A stretch of DNA of 64,000 bases from Auanema rhodensis (Eukaryota > Animalia > Nematoda), in NCBI GenBank assembly GCA_964057225.1, contig OZ059900.1:24552001-24616000 (forward strand). The letters run 5' to 3'. Within the stretch, counting starts at the first letter, position 1; each line of letters starts with the position of its first letter. Position numbers and translations under genes: made by a program. Under the pieces are notes generated by a model. It did no database searches. It was given only the letters and a program-made list of their open reading frames with translations, and had not been told where the DNA came from. This document shows, one piece after another, positions 1 through 11,686 of this stretch.

Positions 1-3000
1 GTGGGACTAGACGTTGTACGAACAATTTTGAGCTAGGTTTCATTGACATTGCATGAGTTTGAACACATGAAATCGTAAGTCAAAACCTTGTTTACAGCGA
101 AATTTCCAAAAACTGGTTTTCCAGCATAATAAAATATTTCTCATGGAAAATACTGTGTTTTTGTATTTTTCTAGTGTTCAGCATGTAAAATGCTTCATTT
201 TAGTATGTAACACGCTGAAATTCGTTGCATTTGACGACTCATATGAACAAAAATCGATTTAATCAATATTAGCCATAAGGGGCGTGCCCTCAGAATATGC
301 TAATTTCCTTAATTTTCTAACCCCTGTTTTTTTGTCGTGAAAGTGGAACTAGACGTTGTACGAACAATTTTGAGCTAGGTTTCATTGACATTGCATGAGT
401 TTGAACACATGAAATCGTAAGTCAAAACCTTGTTTACAGCGAAATTTCCAAAAACTGGTTTTCCAGCATAATAAAATATTTCTCATGGGAAATACTGTGT
501 TTTTGTATTTTTCTAGTGTTCAGCATGTAAAATGCTTCATTTTAGTATGTAACACGCTGAAATTCGTTGCATTTGACGACTCATATGAACAAAAATCGAT
601 TTAATCAATATTAGCCATAAGGGGCGTGCCCTCAGAATATGCTAATTTCCTTAATTTTCTAACCCCTGTTTTTTTGTCGTGAAAGTGGAACTAGACGTTG
701 TACGAACAATTTTGAGCTAGGTTTCATTGACATTGCATGAGTTTGAACACATGAAATCGTAAGTCAAAACCTTGTTTACAGCGAAATTTCCAAAAACTGG
801 TTTTCCAGCATAATAAAATATTTCTCATGGGAAATACTGTGTTTTTGTATTTTTCTAGTGTTCAGCATGTAAAATGCTTCATTTTAGTATGTAACACGCT
901 GAAATTCGTTGCATTTGACGACTCATATGAACAAAAATCGATTTAATCAATATTAGCCATAAGGGGCGTGCCCTCAGAATATGCTAATTTCCTTAATTTT
1001 CTAACCCCTGTTTTTTTGTCGTGAAAGTGGAACTAGACGTTGTACGAACAATTTTGAGCTAGGTTTCATTGACATTGCATGAGTTTGAACACATGAAATC
1101 GTAAGTCAAAACCTTGTTTACAGCGAAATTTCCAAAAACTGGTTTTCCAGCATAATAAAATATTTCTCATGGGAAATACTGTGTTTTTGTATTTTTCTAG
1201 TGTTCAGCATGTGAAATGCTTCATTTTAGTATGTAACACGCTGAAATTCGTTGCATTTGACGACTCATATGAACAAAAATCGATTTAATCAATATTAGCC
1301 ATAAGGGGCGTGCCCTCAGAATATGCTAATTTCCTTAATTTTCTAACCCCTGTTTTTTTGTCGTGAAAGTGGAACTAGACGTTGTACGAACAATTTTGAG
1401 CTAGGTTTCATTGACATTGCATGAGTTTGAACACATGAAATCGTAAGTCAAAACCTTGTTTACAGCGAAATTTCCAAAAACTGGTTTTCCAGCATAATAA
1501 AATATTTCTCATGGGAAATACTGTGTTTTTGTATTTTTCTAGTGTTCAGCATGTGAAATGCTTCATTTTAGTATGTAACACGCTGAAATTCGTTGCATTT
1601 GACGACTCATATGAACAAAAATCGATTTAATCAATATTAGCCATAAGGGGCGTGCCCTCAGAATATGCTAATTTCCTTAATTTTCTAACCCCTGTTTTTT
1701 TGTCGTGAAAGTGGAACTAGACGTTGTACGAACAATTTTGAGCTAGGTTTCATTGACATTGCATGAGTTTGAACACATGAAATCGTAAGTCAAAACCTTG
1801 TTTACAGCGAAATTTCCAAAAACTGGTTTTCCAGCATAATAAAATATTTCTCATGGGAAATACTGTGTTTTTGTATTTTTCTAGTGTTCAGCATGTAAAA
1901 TGCTTCATTTTAGTATGTAACACGCTGAAATTCGTTGCATTTGACGACTCATATGAACAAAAATCGATTTAATCAATATTAGCCATAAGGGGCGTGCCCT
2001 CAGAATATGCTAATTTCCTTAATTTTCTAACCCCTGTTTTTTTGTCGTGAAAGTGGGACTAGACGTTGTACGAACAATTTTGAGCTAGGTTTCATTGACA
2101 TTGCATGAGTTTGAACACATGAAATCGTAAGTCAAAACCTTGTTTACAGCGAAATTTCCAAAAACTGGTTTTCCAGCATAATAAAATATTTCTCATGGAA
2201 AATACTGTGTTTTTGTATTTTTCTAGTGTTCAGCATGTAAAATGCTTCATTTTAGTATGTAACACGCTGAAATTCGTTGCATTTGACGACTCATATGAAC
2301 AAAAATCGATTTAATCAATATTAGCCATAAGGGGCGTGCCCTCAGAATATGCTAATTCCCTTAATTTTCTAACCCCTGTTTTTTTGTCGTGAAAGTGGAA
2401 CTAGACGTTGTACGAACAATTTTGAGCTAGGTTTCATTGACATTGCATGAGTTTGAACACATGAAATCGTAAGTCAAAACCTTGTTTACAGCGAAATTTC
2501 CAAAAACTGGTTTTCCAGCATAATAAAATATTTCTCATGGGAAATACTGTGTTTTTGTATTTTTCTAGTGTTCAGCATGTAAAATGCTTCATTTTAGTAT
2601 GTAACACGCTGAAATTCGTTGCATTTGACGACTCATATGAACAAAAATCGATTTAATCAATATTAGCCATAAGGGGCGTGCCCTCAGAATATGCTAATTC
2701 CCTTAATTTTCTAACCCCTGTTTTTTTGTCGTGAAAGTGGAACTAGACGTTGTACGAACAATTTTGAGCTAGGTTTCATTGACATTGCATGAGTTTGAAC
2801 ACATGAAATCGTAAGTCAAAACCTTGTTTACAGCGAAATTTCCAAAAACTGGTTTTCCAGCATAATAAAATATTTCTCATGGAAAATACTGTGTTTTTGT
2901 ATTTTTCTAGTGTTCAGCATGTAAAATGCTTCATTTTAGTATGTAACACGCTGAAATTCGTTGCATTTGACGACTCATATGAACAAAAATCGATTTAATC

Positions 3001-5599
3001 AATATTAGCCATAAGGGGCGTGCCCTCAGAATATGCTAATTCCCTTAATTTTCTAACCCCTGTTTTTTTGTCGTGAAAGTGGAACTAGACGTTGTACGAA
3101 CAATTTTGAGCTAGGTTTCATTGACATTGCATGAGTTTGAACACATGAAATCGTAAGTCAAAACCTTGTTTACAGCGAAATTTCCAAAAACTGGTTTTCC
3201 AGCATAATAAAATATTTCTCATGGGAAATACTGTGTTTTTGTATTTTTCTAGTGTTCAGCATGTAAAATGCTTCATTTTAGTATGTAACACGCTGAAATT
3301 CGTTGCATTTGACGACTCATATGAACAAAAATCGATTTAATCAATATTAGCCATAAGGGGCGTGCCCTCAGAATATGCTAATTCCCTTAATTTTCTAACC
3401 CCTGTTTTTTTGTCGTGAAAGTGGAACTAGACGTTGTACGAACAATTTTGAGCTAGGTTTCATTGACATTGCATGAGTTTGAACACATGAAATCGTAAGT
3501 CAAAACCTTGTTTACAGCGAAATTTCCAAAAACTGGTTTTCCAGCATAATAAAATATTTCTCATGGGAAATACTGTGTTTTTGTATTTTTCTAGTGTTCA
3601 GCATGTAAAATGCTTCATTTTAGTATGTAACACGCTGAAATTCGTTGCATTTGACGACTCATATGAACAAAAATCGATTTAATCAATATTAGCTATAAGG
3701 GGCGTGCCCTCAGAATATGCTAATTTCCTTAATTTTCTAACTCCTGTTTTTTTGTCGTGAAAGTGGGACTAGACGTTGTACGAACAATTTTGAGCTAGGT
3801 TTCATTGACATTGCATGAGTTTGAACACATGAAATCGTAAGTCAAAACCTTGTTTACAGCGAAATTTCCAAAAACTGGTTTTCCAGCATAATAAAATATT
3901 TCTCATGGGAAATACTGTGTTTTTGTATTTTTCTAGTGTTCAGCATGTAAAATGCTTCATTTTAGTATGTAACACGCTGAAATTCGTTGCATTTGACGAC
4001 TCATATGAACAAAAATCGATTTAATCAATATTAGCCATAAGGGGCGTACCCTCAGAATATGCTAATTCCCTTAATTTTCTAACCCCTGTTTTTTTGTCGT
4101 GAAAGTGGAACTAGACGTTGTACGAACAATTTTGAGCTAGGTTTCATTGACATTGCATGAGTTTGAACACATGAAATCGTAAGTCAAAACCTTGTTTACA
4201 GCGAAATTTCCAAAAACTGGTTTTCCAGCATAATAAAATATTTCTCATGGGAAATACTGTGTTTTTGTATTTTTCTAGTGTTCAGCATGTGAAATGCTTC
4301 ATTTTAGTATGTAACACGCTGAAATTCGTTGCATTTGACGACTCATATGAACAAAAATCGATTTAATCAATATTAGCCATAAGGGGCGTGCCCTCAGAAT
4401 ATGCTAATTCCCTTAATTTTCTAACTCCTGTTTTTTTGTCGTGAAAGTGGAACTAGACGTTGTACGAACAATTTTGAGCTAGGTTTCATTGACATTGCAT
4501 GAGTTTGAACACATGAAATCGTAAGTCAAAACCTTGTTTACAGCGAAATTTCCAAAAACTGGTTTTCCAGCATAATAAAATATTTCTCATGGGAAATACA
4601 GTGTTTTTGTATTTTTCTAGTGTTCAGCATGTAAAATGCTTCACTTTAGTATGTAACACGCTGAAATTCGTTGCATTTGACGACTCATATGAACAAAAAT
4701 CGATTTAATCAATATTAGCCATAAGGGGCGTGCCCTCAGAATATGCTAATTTCCTTAATTTTCTAACCCCTGTTTTTTTGTCGTGAAAGTGGAACTAGAC
4801 GTTGTACGAACAATTTTGAGCTAGGTTTCATTGACATTGCATGAGTTTGAACACATGAAATCGTAAGTCAAAACCTTGTTTACAGCGAAATTTCCAAAAA
4901 CTGGTTTTCCAGCATAATAAAATATTTCTCATGGGAAATACTGTGTTTTTGTATTTTTCTAGTGTTCAGCATGTAAAATGCTTCATTTTAGTATGTAACA
5001 CGCTGAAATTCGTTGCATTTGACGACTCATATGAACAAAAATCGATTTAATCAATATTAGCCATAAGGGGCGTGCCCTCAGAATATGCTAATTTCCTTAA
5101 TTTTCTAACCCCTGTTTTTTTGTCGTGAAAGTGGGACTAGACGTTGTACAAACAATTTTGAGCTAGGTTTCATTGACATTGCATGAGTTTGAACACATGA
5201 AATCGTAAGTCAAAACCTTGTTTACAGCGAAATTTCCAAAAACTGGTTTTCCAGCATAATAAAATATTTCTCATGGGAAATACTGTGTTTTTGTATTTTT
5301 CTAGTGTTCAGCATGTAAAATGCTTCATTTTAGTATGTAACACGCTGAAATTCGTTGCATTTGACGACTCATATGAACAAAAATCGATTTAATCAATATT
5401 AGCCATAAGGGGCGTGCCCTCAGAATATGCTAATTCCCTTAATTTTCTAACCCCTGTTTTTTTGTCGTGAAAGTGGAACTAGACGTTGTACAAACAATTT
5501 TGAGCTAGGTTTCATTGACATTGCATGAGTTTGAACACATGAAATCGTAAGTCAAAACCTTGTTTACAGCGAAATTTCCAAAAACTGGTTTTCCAGCAT
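1..5599. repeat. Satellite DNA array, 342-bp monomer, left of gap (16 full monomers + 127 bp)
   Basis: GTGG(A/G)ACTAGACGTTGTAC recurs at 1, 343, 685, 1027 ... 5473, exactly every 342 bp, all in one orientation, with 0-3 substitutions per monomer. Confidence 0.99.
343..684 (+). repeat. Representative consensus-identical 342-bp monomer
   Basis: Matches the majority base at every position. Hand count: 116/342 G+C (59 G, 57 C) and 10 CpG. Contains ATCGAT (pos 253-258) and CATATG (pos 240-245). Confidence 0.95.
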
Positions 5600-5799
5600 N
5601 NNNNNNNNNNNNNNNNNNNNNNNNNNNNNNNNNNNNNNNNNNNNNNNNNNNNNNNNNNNNNNNNNNNNNNNNNNNNNNNNNNNNNNNNNNNNNNNNNNNN
5701 NNNNNNNNNNNNNNNNNNNNNNNNNNNNNNNNNNNNNNNNNNNNNNNNNNNNNNNNNNNNNNNNNNNNNNNNNNNNNNNNNNNNNNNNNNNNNNNNNNN
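5600..5799. other. Assembly/scaffolding gap (200 N)
   Basis: Exactly 200 Ns. The left flank ends at monomer position 127 and the right flank resumes at position 270, so the register shifts by 58 bp and the gap length is a placeholder. Confidence 0.98.
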
Positions 5800-8700
5800 T
5801 AGCCATAAGGGGCGTGCCCTCAGAATATGCTAATTTCCTTAATTTTCTAACCCCTGTTTTTTTGTCGTGAAAGTGGAACTAGACGTTGTACGAACAATTT
5901 TGAGCTAGGTTTCATTGACATTGCATGAGTTTGAACACATGAAATCGTAAGTCAAAACCTTGTTTACAGCGAAATTTCCAAAAACTGGTTTTCCAGCATA
6001 ATAAAATATTTCTCATGGGAAATACTGTGTTTTTGTATTTTTCTAGTGTTCAGCATGTAAAATGCTTCATTTTAGTATGTAACACGCTGAAATTCGTTGC
6101 ATTTGACGACTCATATGAACAAAAATCGATTTAATCAATATTAGCCATAAGGGGCGTGCCCTCAGAATATGCTAATTTCCTTAATTTTCTAACCCTTGTT
6201 TTTTTGTCGTGAAAGTGGAACTAGACGTTGTACGAACAATTTTGAGCTAGGTTTCATTGACATTGCATGAGTTTGAACACATGAAATCGTAAGTCAAAAC
6301 CTTGTTTACAGCGAAATTTCCAAAAACTGGTTTTCCAGCATAATAAAATATTTCTCATGGGAAATACTGTGTTTTTGTATTTTTCTAGTGTTCAGCATGT
6401 AAAATGCTTCATTTTAGTATGTAACACGCTGAAATTCGTTGCATTTGACGACTCATATGAACAAAAATCGATTTAATCAATATTAGCCATAAGGGGCGTG
6501 CCCTCAGAATATGCTAATTTCCTTAATTTTCTAACCCCTGTTTTTTTGTCGTGAAAGTGGAACTAGACGTTGTACGAACAATTTTGAGCTAGGTTTCATT
6601 GACATTGCATGAGTTTGAACACATGAAATCGTAAGTCAAAACCTTGTTTACAGCGAAATTTCCAAAAACTGGTTTTCCAGCATAATAAAATATTTCTCAT
6701 GGGAAATACTGTGTTTTTGTATTTTTCTAGTGTTTAGCATGTAAAATGCTTCATTTTAGTATGTAACACGCTGAAATTCGTTGCATTTGACGACTCATAT
6801 GAACAAAAATCGATTTAATCAATATTAGCCATAAGGGGCGTGCCCTCAGAATATGCTAATTTCCTTAATTTTCTAACCCCTGTTTTTTTGTCGTGAAAGT
6901 GGAACTAGACGTTGTACGAACAATTTTGAGCTAGGTTTCATTGACATTGCATGAGTTTGAACACATGAAATCGTAAGTCAAAACCTTGTTTACAGCGAAA
7001 TTTCCAAAAACTGGTTTTCCAGCATAATAAAATATTTCTCATGGGAAATACTGTGTTTTTGTATTTTTCTAGTGTTCAGCATGTAAAATGCTTCATTTTA
7101 GTATGTAACACGCTGAAAGTCGTTGCATTTAACGACTCATATGAACAAAAATCGATTTAATCAATATTAGCCATAAGGGGCGTGCCCTCAGAATATGCTA
7201 ATTTCCTTAGTTTTCTAACCCCTGTTTTTTTGTCGTGAAAGTGGAACTAGACGTTGTACGAACAATTTTGAGCTAGGTTTCATTGACATTGCATGAGTTT
7301 GAACACATGAAATCGTAAGTCAAAACCTTGTTTACAGCGAAATTTCCAAAAACTGGTTTTCCAGCATAATAAAATATTTCTCATGGGAAATACTGTGTTT
7401 TTGTATTTTTCTAGTGTTCAGCATGTAAAATGCTTCATTTTAGTATGTAACACGCTGAAATTCGTTGCATTTGACGAATCATATGAACAAAAATCGATTT
7501 AATCAATATTAGCCATAAGGGGCGTGCCCTCAGAATATGCTAATTTCCTTAATTTTCTAACCCCTGTTTTTTTGTCGTGAAAGTGGAACTAGACGTTGTA
7601 CGAACAATTTTGAGCTAGGTTTCATTGACATTGCATGAGTTTGAACACATGAAATCGTAAGTCAAAACCTTGTTTACAGCGAAATTTCCAAAAACTGGTT
7701 TTCCAGCATAATAAAATATTTCTCATGGGAAATACTGTGTTTTTGTATTTTTCTAGTGTTCAGCATGTAAAATGCTTCATTTTAGTATGTAACACGCTGA
7801 AAGTCGTTGCATTTGACGACTCATATGAACAAAAATCGATTTAATCAATATTAGCCATAAGGGGCGTGCCCTCAGAATATGCTAATTTCCTTAGTTTTCT
7901 AACCCCTGTTTTTTTGTCGTGAAAGTGGAACTAGACGTTGTACGAACAATTTTGAGCTAGGTTTCATTGACATTGCATGAGTTTGAACACATGACATCGT
8001 AAGTCAAAACCTTGTTTACAGCGAAATTACCAAAAACTGGTTTTCCAGCATAATAAAATATTTCTCATGGGAAATACTGTGTTTTTGTATTTTTCTAGTG
8101 TTCAGCATGTAAAATGCTTCATTTTAGTATGTAACACGCTGAAATTCGTTGCATTTGACGACTCATATGAACAAAAATCGATTTAATCAATATTAGCCAT
8201 AAGGGGCGTGCCCTCAGAATATGCTAATTTCCTTAATTTTCTAACCCCTGTTTTTTTGTCGTGAAAGTGGAACTAGACGTTGTACGAACAATTTTGAGCT
8301 AGGTTTCATTGACATTGCATGAGTTTGAACACATGAAATCGTAGGTCAAAACCTTGTTTACAGCGAAATTTCCAAAAACTGGTTTTCCAGCATAATAAAA
8401 CATTTCTCATGGGAAATACTGTGTTTTTGTATTTTTCTAGTGTTCAGCATGTAAAATGCTTCATTTTAGTATGTAACACGCTGAAATTCGTTGCATTTGA
8501 CGACTCATATGAACAAAAATCGATTTAATCAATATTAGCCATAAGGGGCGTGCCCTCAGAATATGCTAATTTCCTTAGTTTTCTAACCCCTGTTTTTTTG
8601 TCGTGAAAGTGGAACTAGACGTTGTACGAACAATTTTGAGCTAGGTTTCATTGACATTGCATGAGTTTGAACACATGAAATCGTAAGTCAAAACCTTGTT

Positions 8701-8950
8701 TACAGCGAAATTTCCAAAAACTGGTTTTCCAGCATAATAAAATATTTCTCATGGGAAATACTGTGTTTTTGTATTTTTCTAGTGTTCAGAATGTAAAATG
8801 CTTCATTTTAGTATGTAACACGCTGAAATTCGTTGCATTTGACGACTCATATGAACAAAAATCGATTTAATCAATATTAGCCATAAGGGGCGTGCCCTCA
8901 GAATATGCTAATTTCCTTAGTTTTCTAACCCCTGTTTTTTTGTCGTGAAA

Positions 8951-11686
8951 GTGGAACTAGACGTTGTACGAACAATTTTGAGCTAGGTTTCATTGACATT
9001 GCATGAGTTTGAACACATGAAATCGTAAGTCAAAACCTTGTTTACAGCGAAATTTCCAAAAACTGGTTTTCCAGCATAATAAAATATTTCTCATGGGAAA
9101 TACTGTGTTTTTGTATTTTTCTAGTGTTCAGCATGTAAAATGCTTCCTTTTAGTATGTAACACGCTGAAATTCGTTGCATTTGACGACTCATATGAACAA
9201 AAATCGATTTAATCAATATTAGCCATAAGGGGCGTGCCCTCAGAATATGCTAATTTCCTTAGTTTTCTAACCCCTGTTTTTTTGTCGTGAAAGTGGAACT
9301 AGACGTTGTACGAACAATTTTGAGCTAGGTTTCATTGACATTGCATGAGTTTGAACACATGACATCGTAAGTCAAAACCTTGTTTACAGCGAAATTACCA
9401 AAAACTGGTTTTCCAGCATAATAAAATATTTCTCATGGGAAATACTGTGTTTTTGTATTTTTCTAGTGTTCAGCATGTAAAATGCTTCATTTTAGTATGT
9501 AACACGCTGAAATTCGTTGCATTTGACGACTCATATGAACAAAAATCGATTTAATCAATATTAGCCATAAGGGGCGTGCCCTCAGAATATGCTAATTTCC
9601 TTAATTTTCTAACCCCTGTTTTTTTGTCGTGAAAGTGGAACTAGACGTTGTACGAACAATTTTGAGCTAGGTTTCATTGACATTGCATGAGTTTGAACAC
9701 ATGAAATCGTAGGTCAAAACCTTGTTTACAGCGAAATTTCCAAAAACTGGTTTTCCAGCATAATAAAATATTTCTCATGGGAAATACTGTGTTTTTGTAT
9801 TTTTCTAGTGTTCAGCATGTAAAATGCTTCATTTTAGTATGTAACACGCTCTAATTCGTTGCATTTGACGAATCATATGAACAAAAATCGATTTAATCAA
9901 TATTAGCCATAAGGGGCGTGCCCTCAGAATATGCTAATTTTCTTAATTTTCTAACCCCTGTTTTTTTGTCGTGAAAGTGGAACTAGACGTTGTACGAACA
10001 ATTTTGAGCTAGGTTTCATTGACATTGCATGAGTTTGAACACATGAAATCGTAAGTCAAAACCTTGTTTACAGCGAAATTTCCAAAAACTGGTTTTCCAG
10101 CATAATAAAAACTTTCTCATGGGAAATACTGTGTTTTTGTATTTTTCTAGTGTTCAGCATGTAAAATGCTTCATTTTAGTATGTAACACGCTGAAATTCG
10201 TTGCATTTGACGACTCATATGAACAAAAATCGATTTAATCAATATTAGCCATAAGGGGCGTGCCCTCAGAATATGCTAATTTCCTTAGTTTTCTAACCCC
10301 TGTTTTTTTGTCGTGAAAGTGGAACTAGACGTTGTACGAACAATTTTGAGCTAGGTTTCATTGACATTGCATGAGTTTGAACACATGAAATCGTAAGTCA
10401 AAACCTTGTTTACAGCGAAATTTCCAAAAACTGGTTTTCCAGCATAATAAAATATTTCTCATGGGAAATACTGTGTTTTTGTATTTTTCTAGTGTTCAGC
10501 ATGTAAAATGCTTCCTTTTAGTATGTAACACGCTGAAATTCGTTGCATTTGACGACTCATATGAACAAAAATCGATTTAATCAATATTAGCCATAAGGGG
10601 CGTGCCCTCAGAATATGCTAATTTCCTTAGTTTTCTAACCCCTGTTTTTTTGTCGTGAAAGTGGAACTAGACGTTGTACGAACAATTTTGAGCTAGGTTT
10701 CATTGACATTGCATGAGTTTGAACACATGACATCGTAAGTCAAAACCTTGTTTACAGCGAAATTACCAAAAACTGGTTTTCCAGCATAATAAAATATTTC
10801 TCATGGGAAATACTGTGTTTTTGTATTTTTCTAGTGTTCAGCATGTAAAATGCTTCATTTTAGTATGTAACACGCTGAAATTCGTTGCATTTGACGACTC
10901 ATATGAACAAAAATCGATTTAATCAATATTAGCCATAAGGGGCGTGCCCTCAGAATATGCTAATTTCCTTAATTTTCTAACCCCTGTTTTTTTGTCGTGA
11001 AAGTGGAACTAGACGTTGTACGAACAATTTTGAGCTAGGTTTCATTGACATTGCATGAGTTTGAACACATGAAATCGTAGGTCAAAACCTTGTTTACAGC
11101 GAAATTTCCAAAAACTGGTTTTCCAGCATAATAAAATATTTCTCATGGGAAATACTGTGTTTTTGTATTTTTCTAGTGTTCAGCATGTAAAATGCTTCAT
11201 TTTAGTATGTAACACGCTCTAATTCGTTGCATTTGACGAATCATATGAACAAAAATCGATTTAATCAATATTAGCCATAAGGGGCGTGCCCTCAGAATAT
11301 GCTAATTTTCTTAATTTTCTAACCCCTGTTTTTTTGTCGTGAAAGTGGAACTAGACGTTGTACGAACAATTTTGAGCTAGGTTTCATTGACATTGCATGA
11401 GTTTGAACACATGAAATCGTAAGTCAAAACCTTGTTTACAGCGAAATTTCCAAAAACTGGTTTTCCAGCATAATAAAAACTTTCTCATGGGAAATACTGT
11501 GTTTTTGTATTTTTCTAGTGTTCAGCATGTAAAATGCTTCATTTTAGTATGTAACACGCTGAAATTCGTTGCATTTGACGACTCATATGAACAAAAATCG
11601 ATTTAATCAATATTAGCCATAAGGGGCGTGCCCTCAGAATATGCTAATTTCCTTAGTTTTCTAACCCCTGTTTTTTTGTCGTGAAA
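8951..11686. repeat. Higher-order repeat: 4-monomer (1368 bp) unit x2
   Basis: The variant series [A197C+A312G][A71C+T105A][A78G+GA217CT+C238A+C307T][TA135AC+A312G] occurs at 8951-10318 and again at 10319-11686. Confidence 0.9.

Noticed and set aside
385-475. TTGACA (pos 43-48), CATAAT (125-130) and AATAAA (128-133) as promoter or polyadenylation signals
   Set aside because: The -35/-10 spacing is wrong, there is no associated gene, and such hexamers are expected by chance in 66% AT sequence.
659-666. CTAACCCC as a telomeric-type repeat
   Set aside because: It occurs once per monomer and not in tandem, consistent with chance.
343-684. Primate alpha-satellite dimer (2x171 bp)
   Set aside because: The length coincides, but apart from TTCGTTG I see no alpha-satellite similarity, and the two halves are only weakly related.
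5560-5806. Two 80-aa ORFs (+ and -) in the ORF track
   Set aside because: They consist almost entirely of X from the 200-N gap, so they are artefacts.
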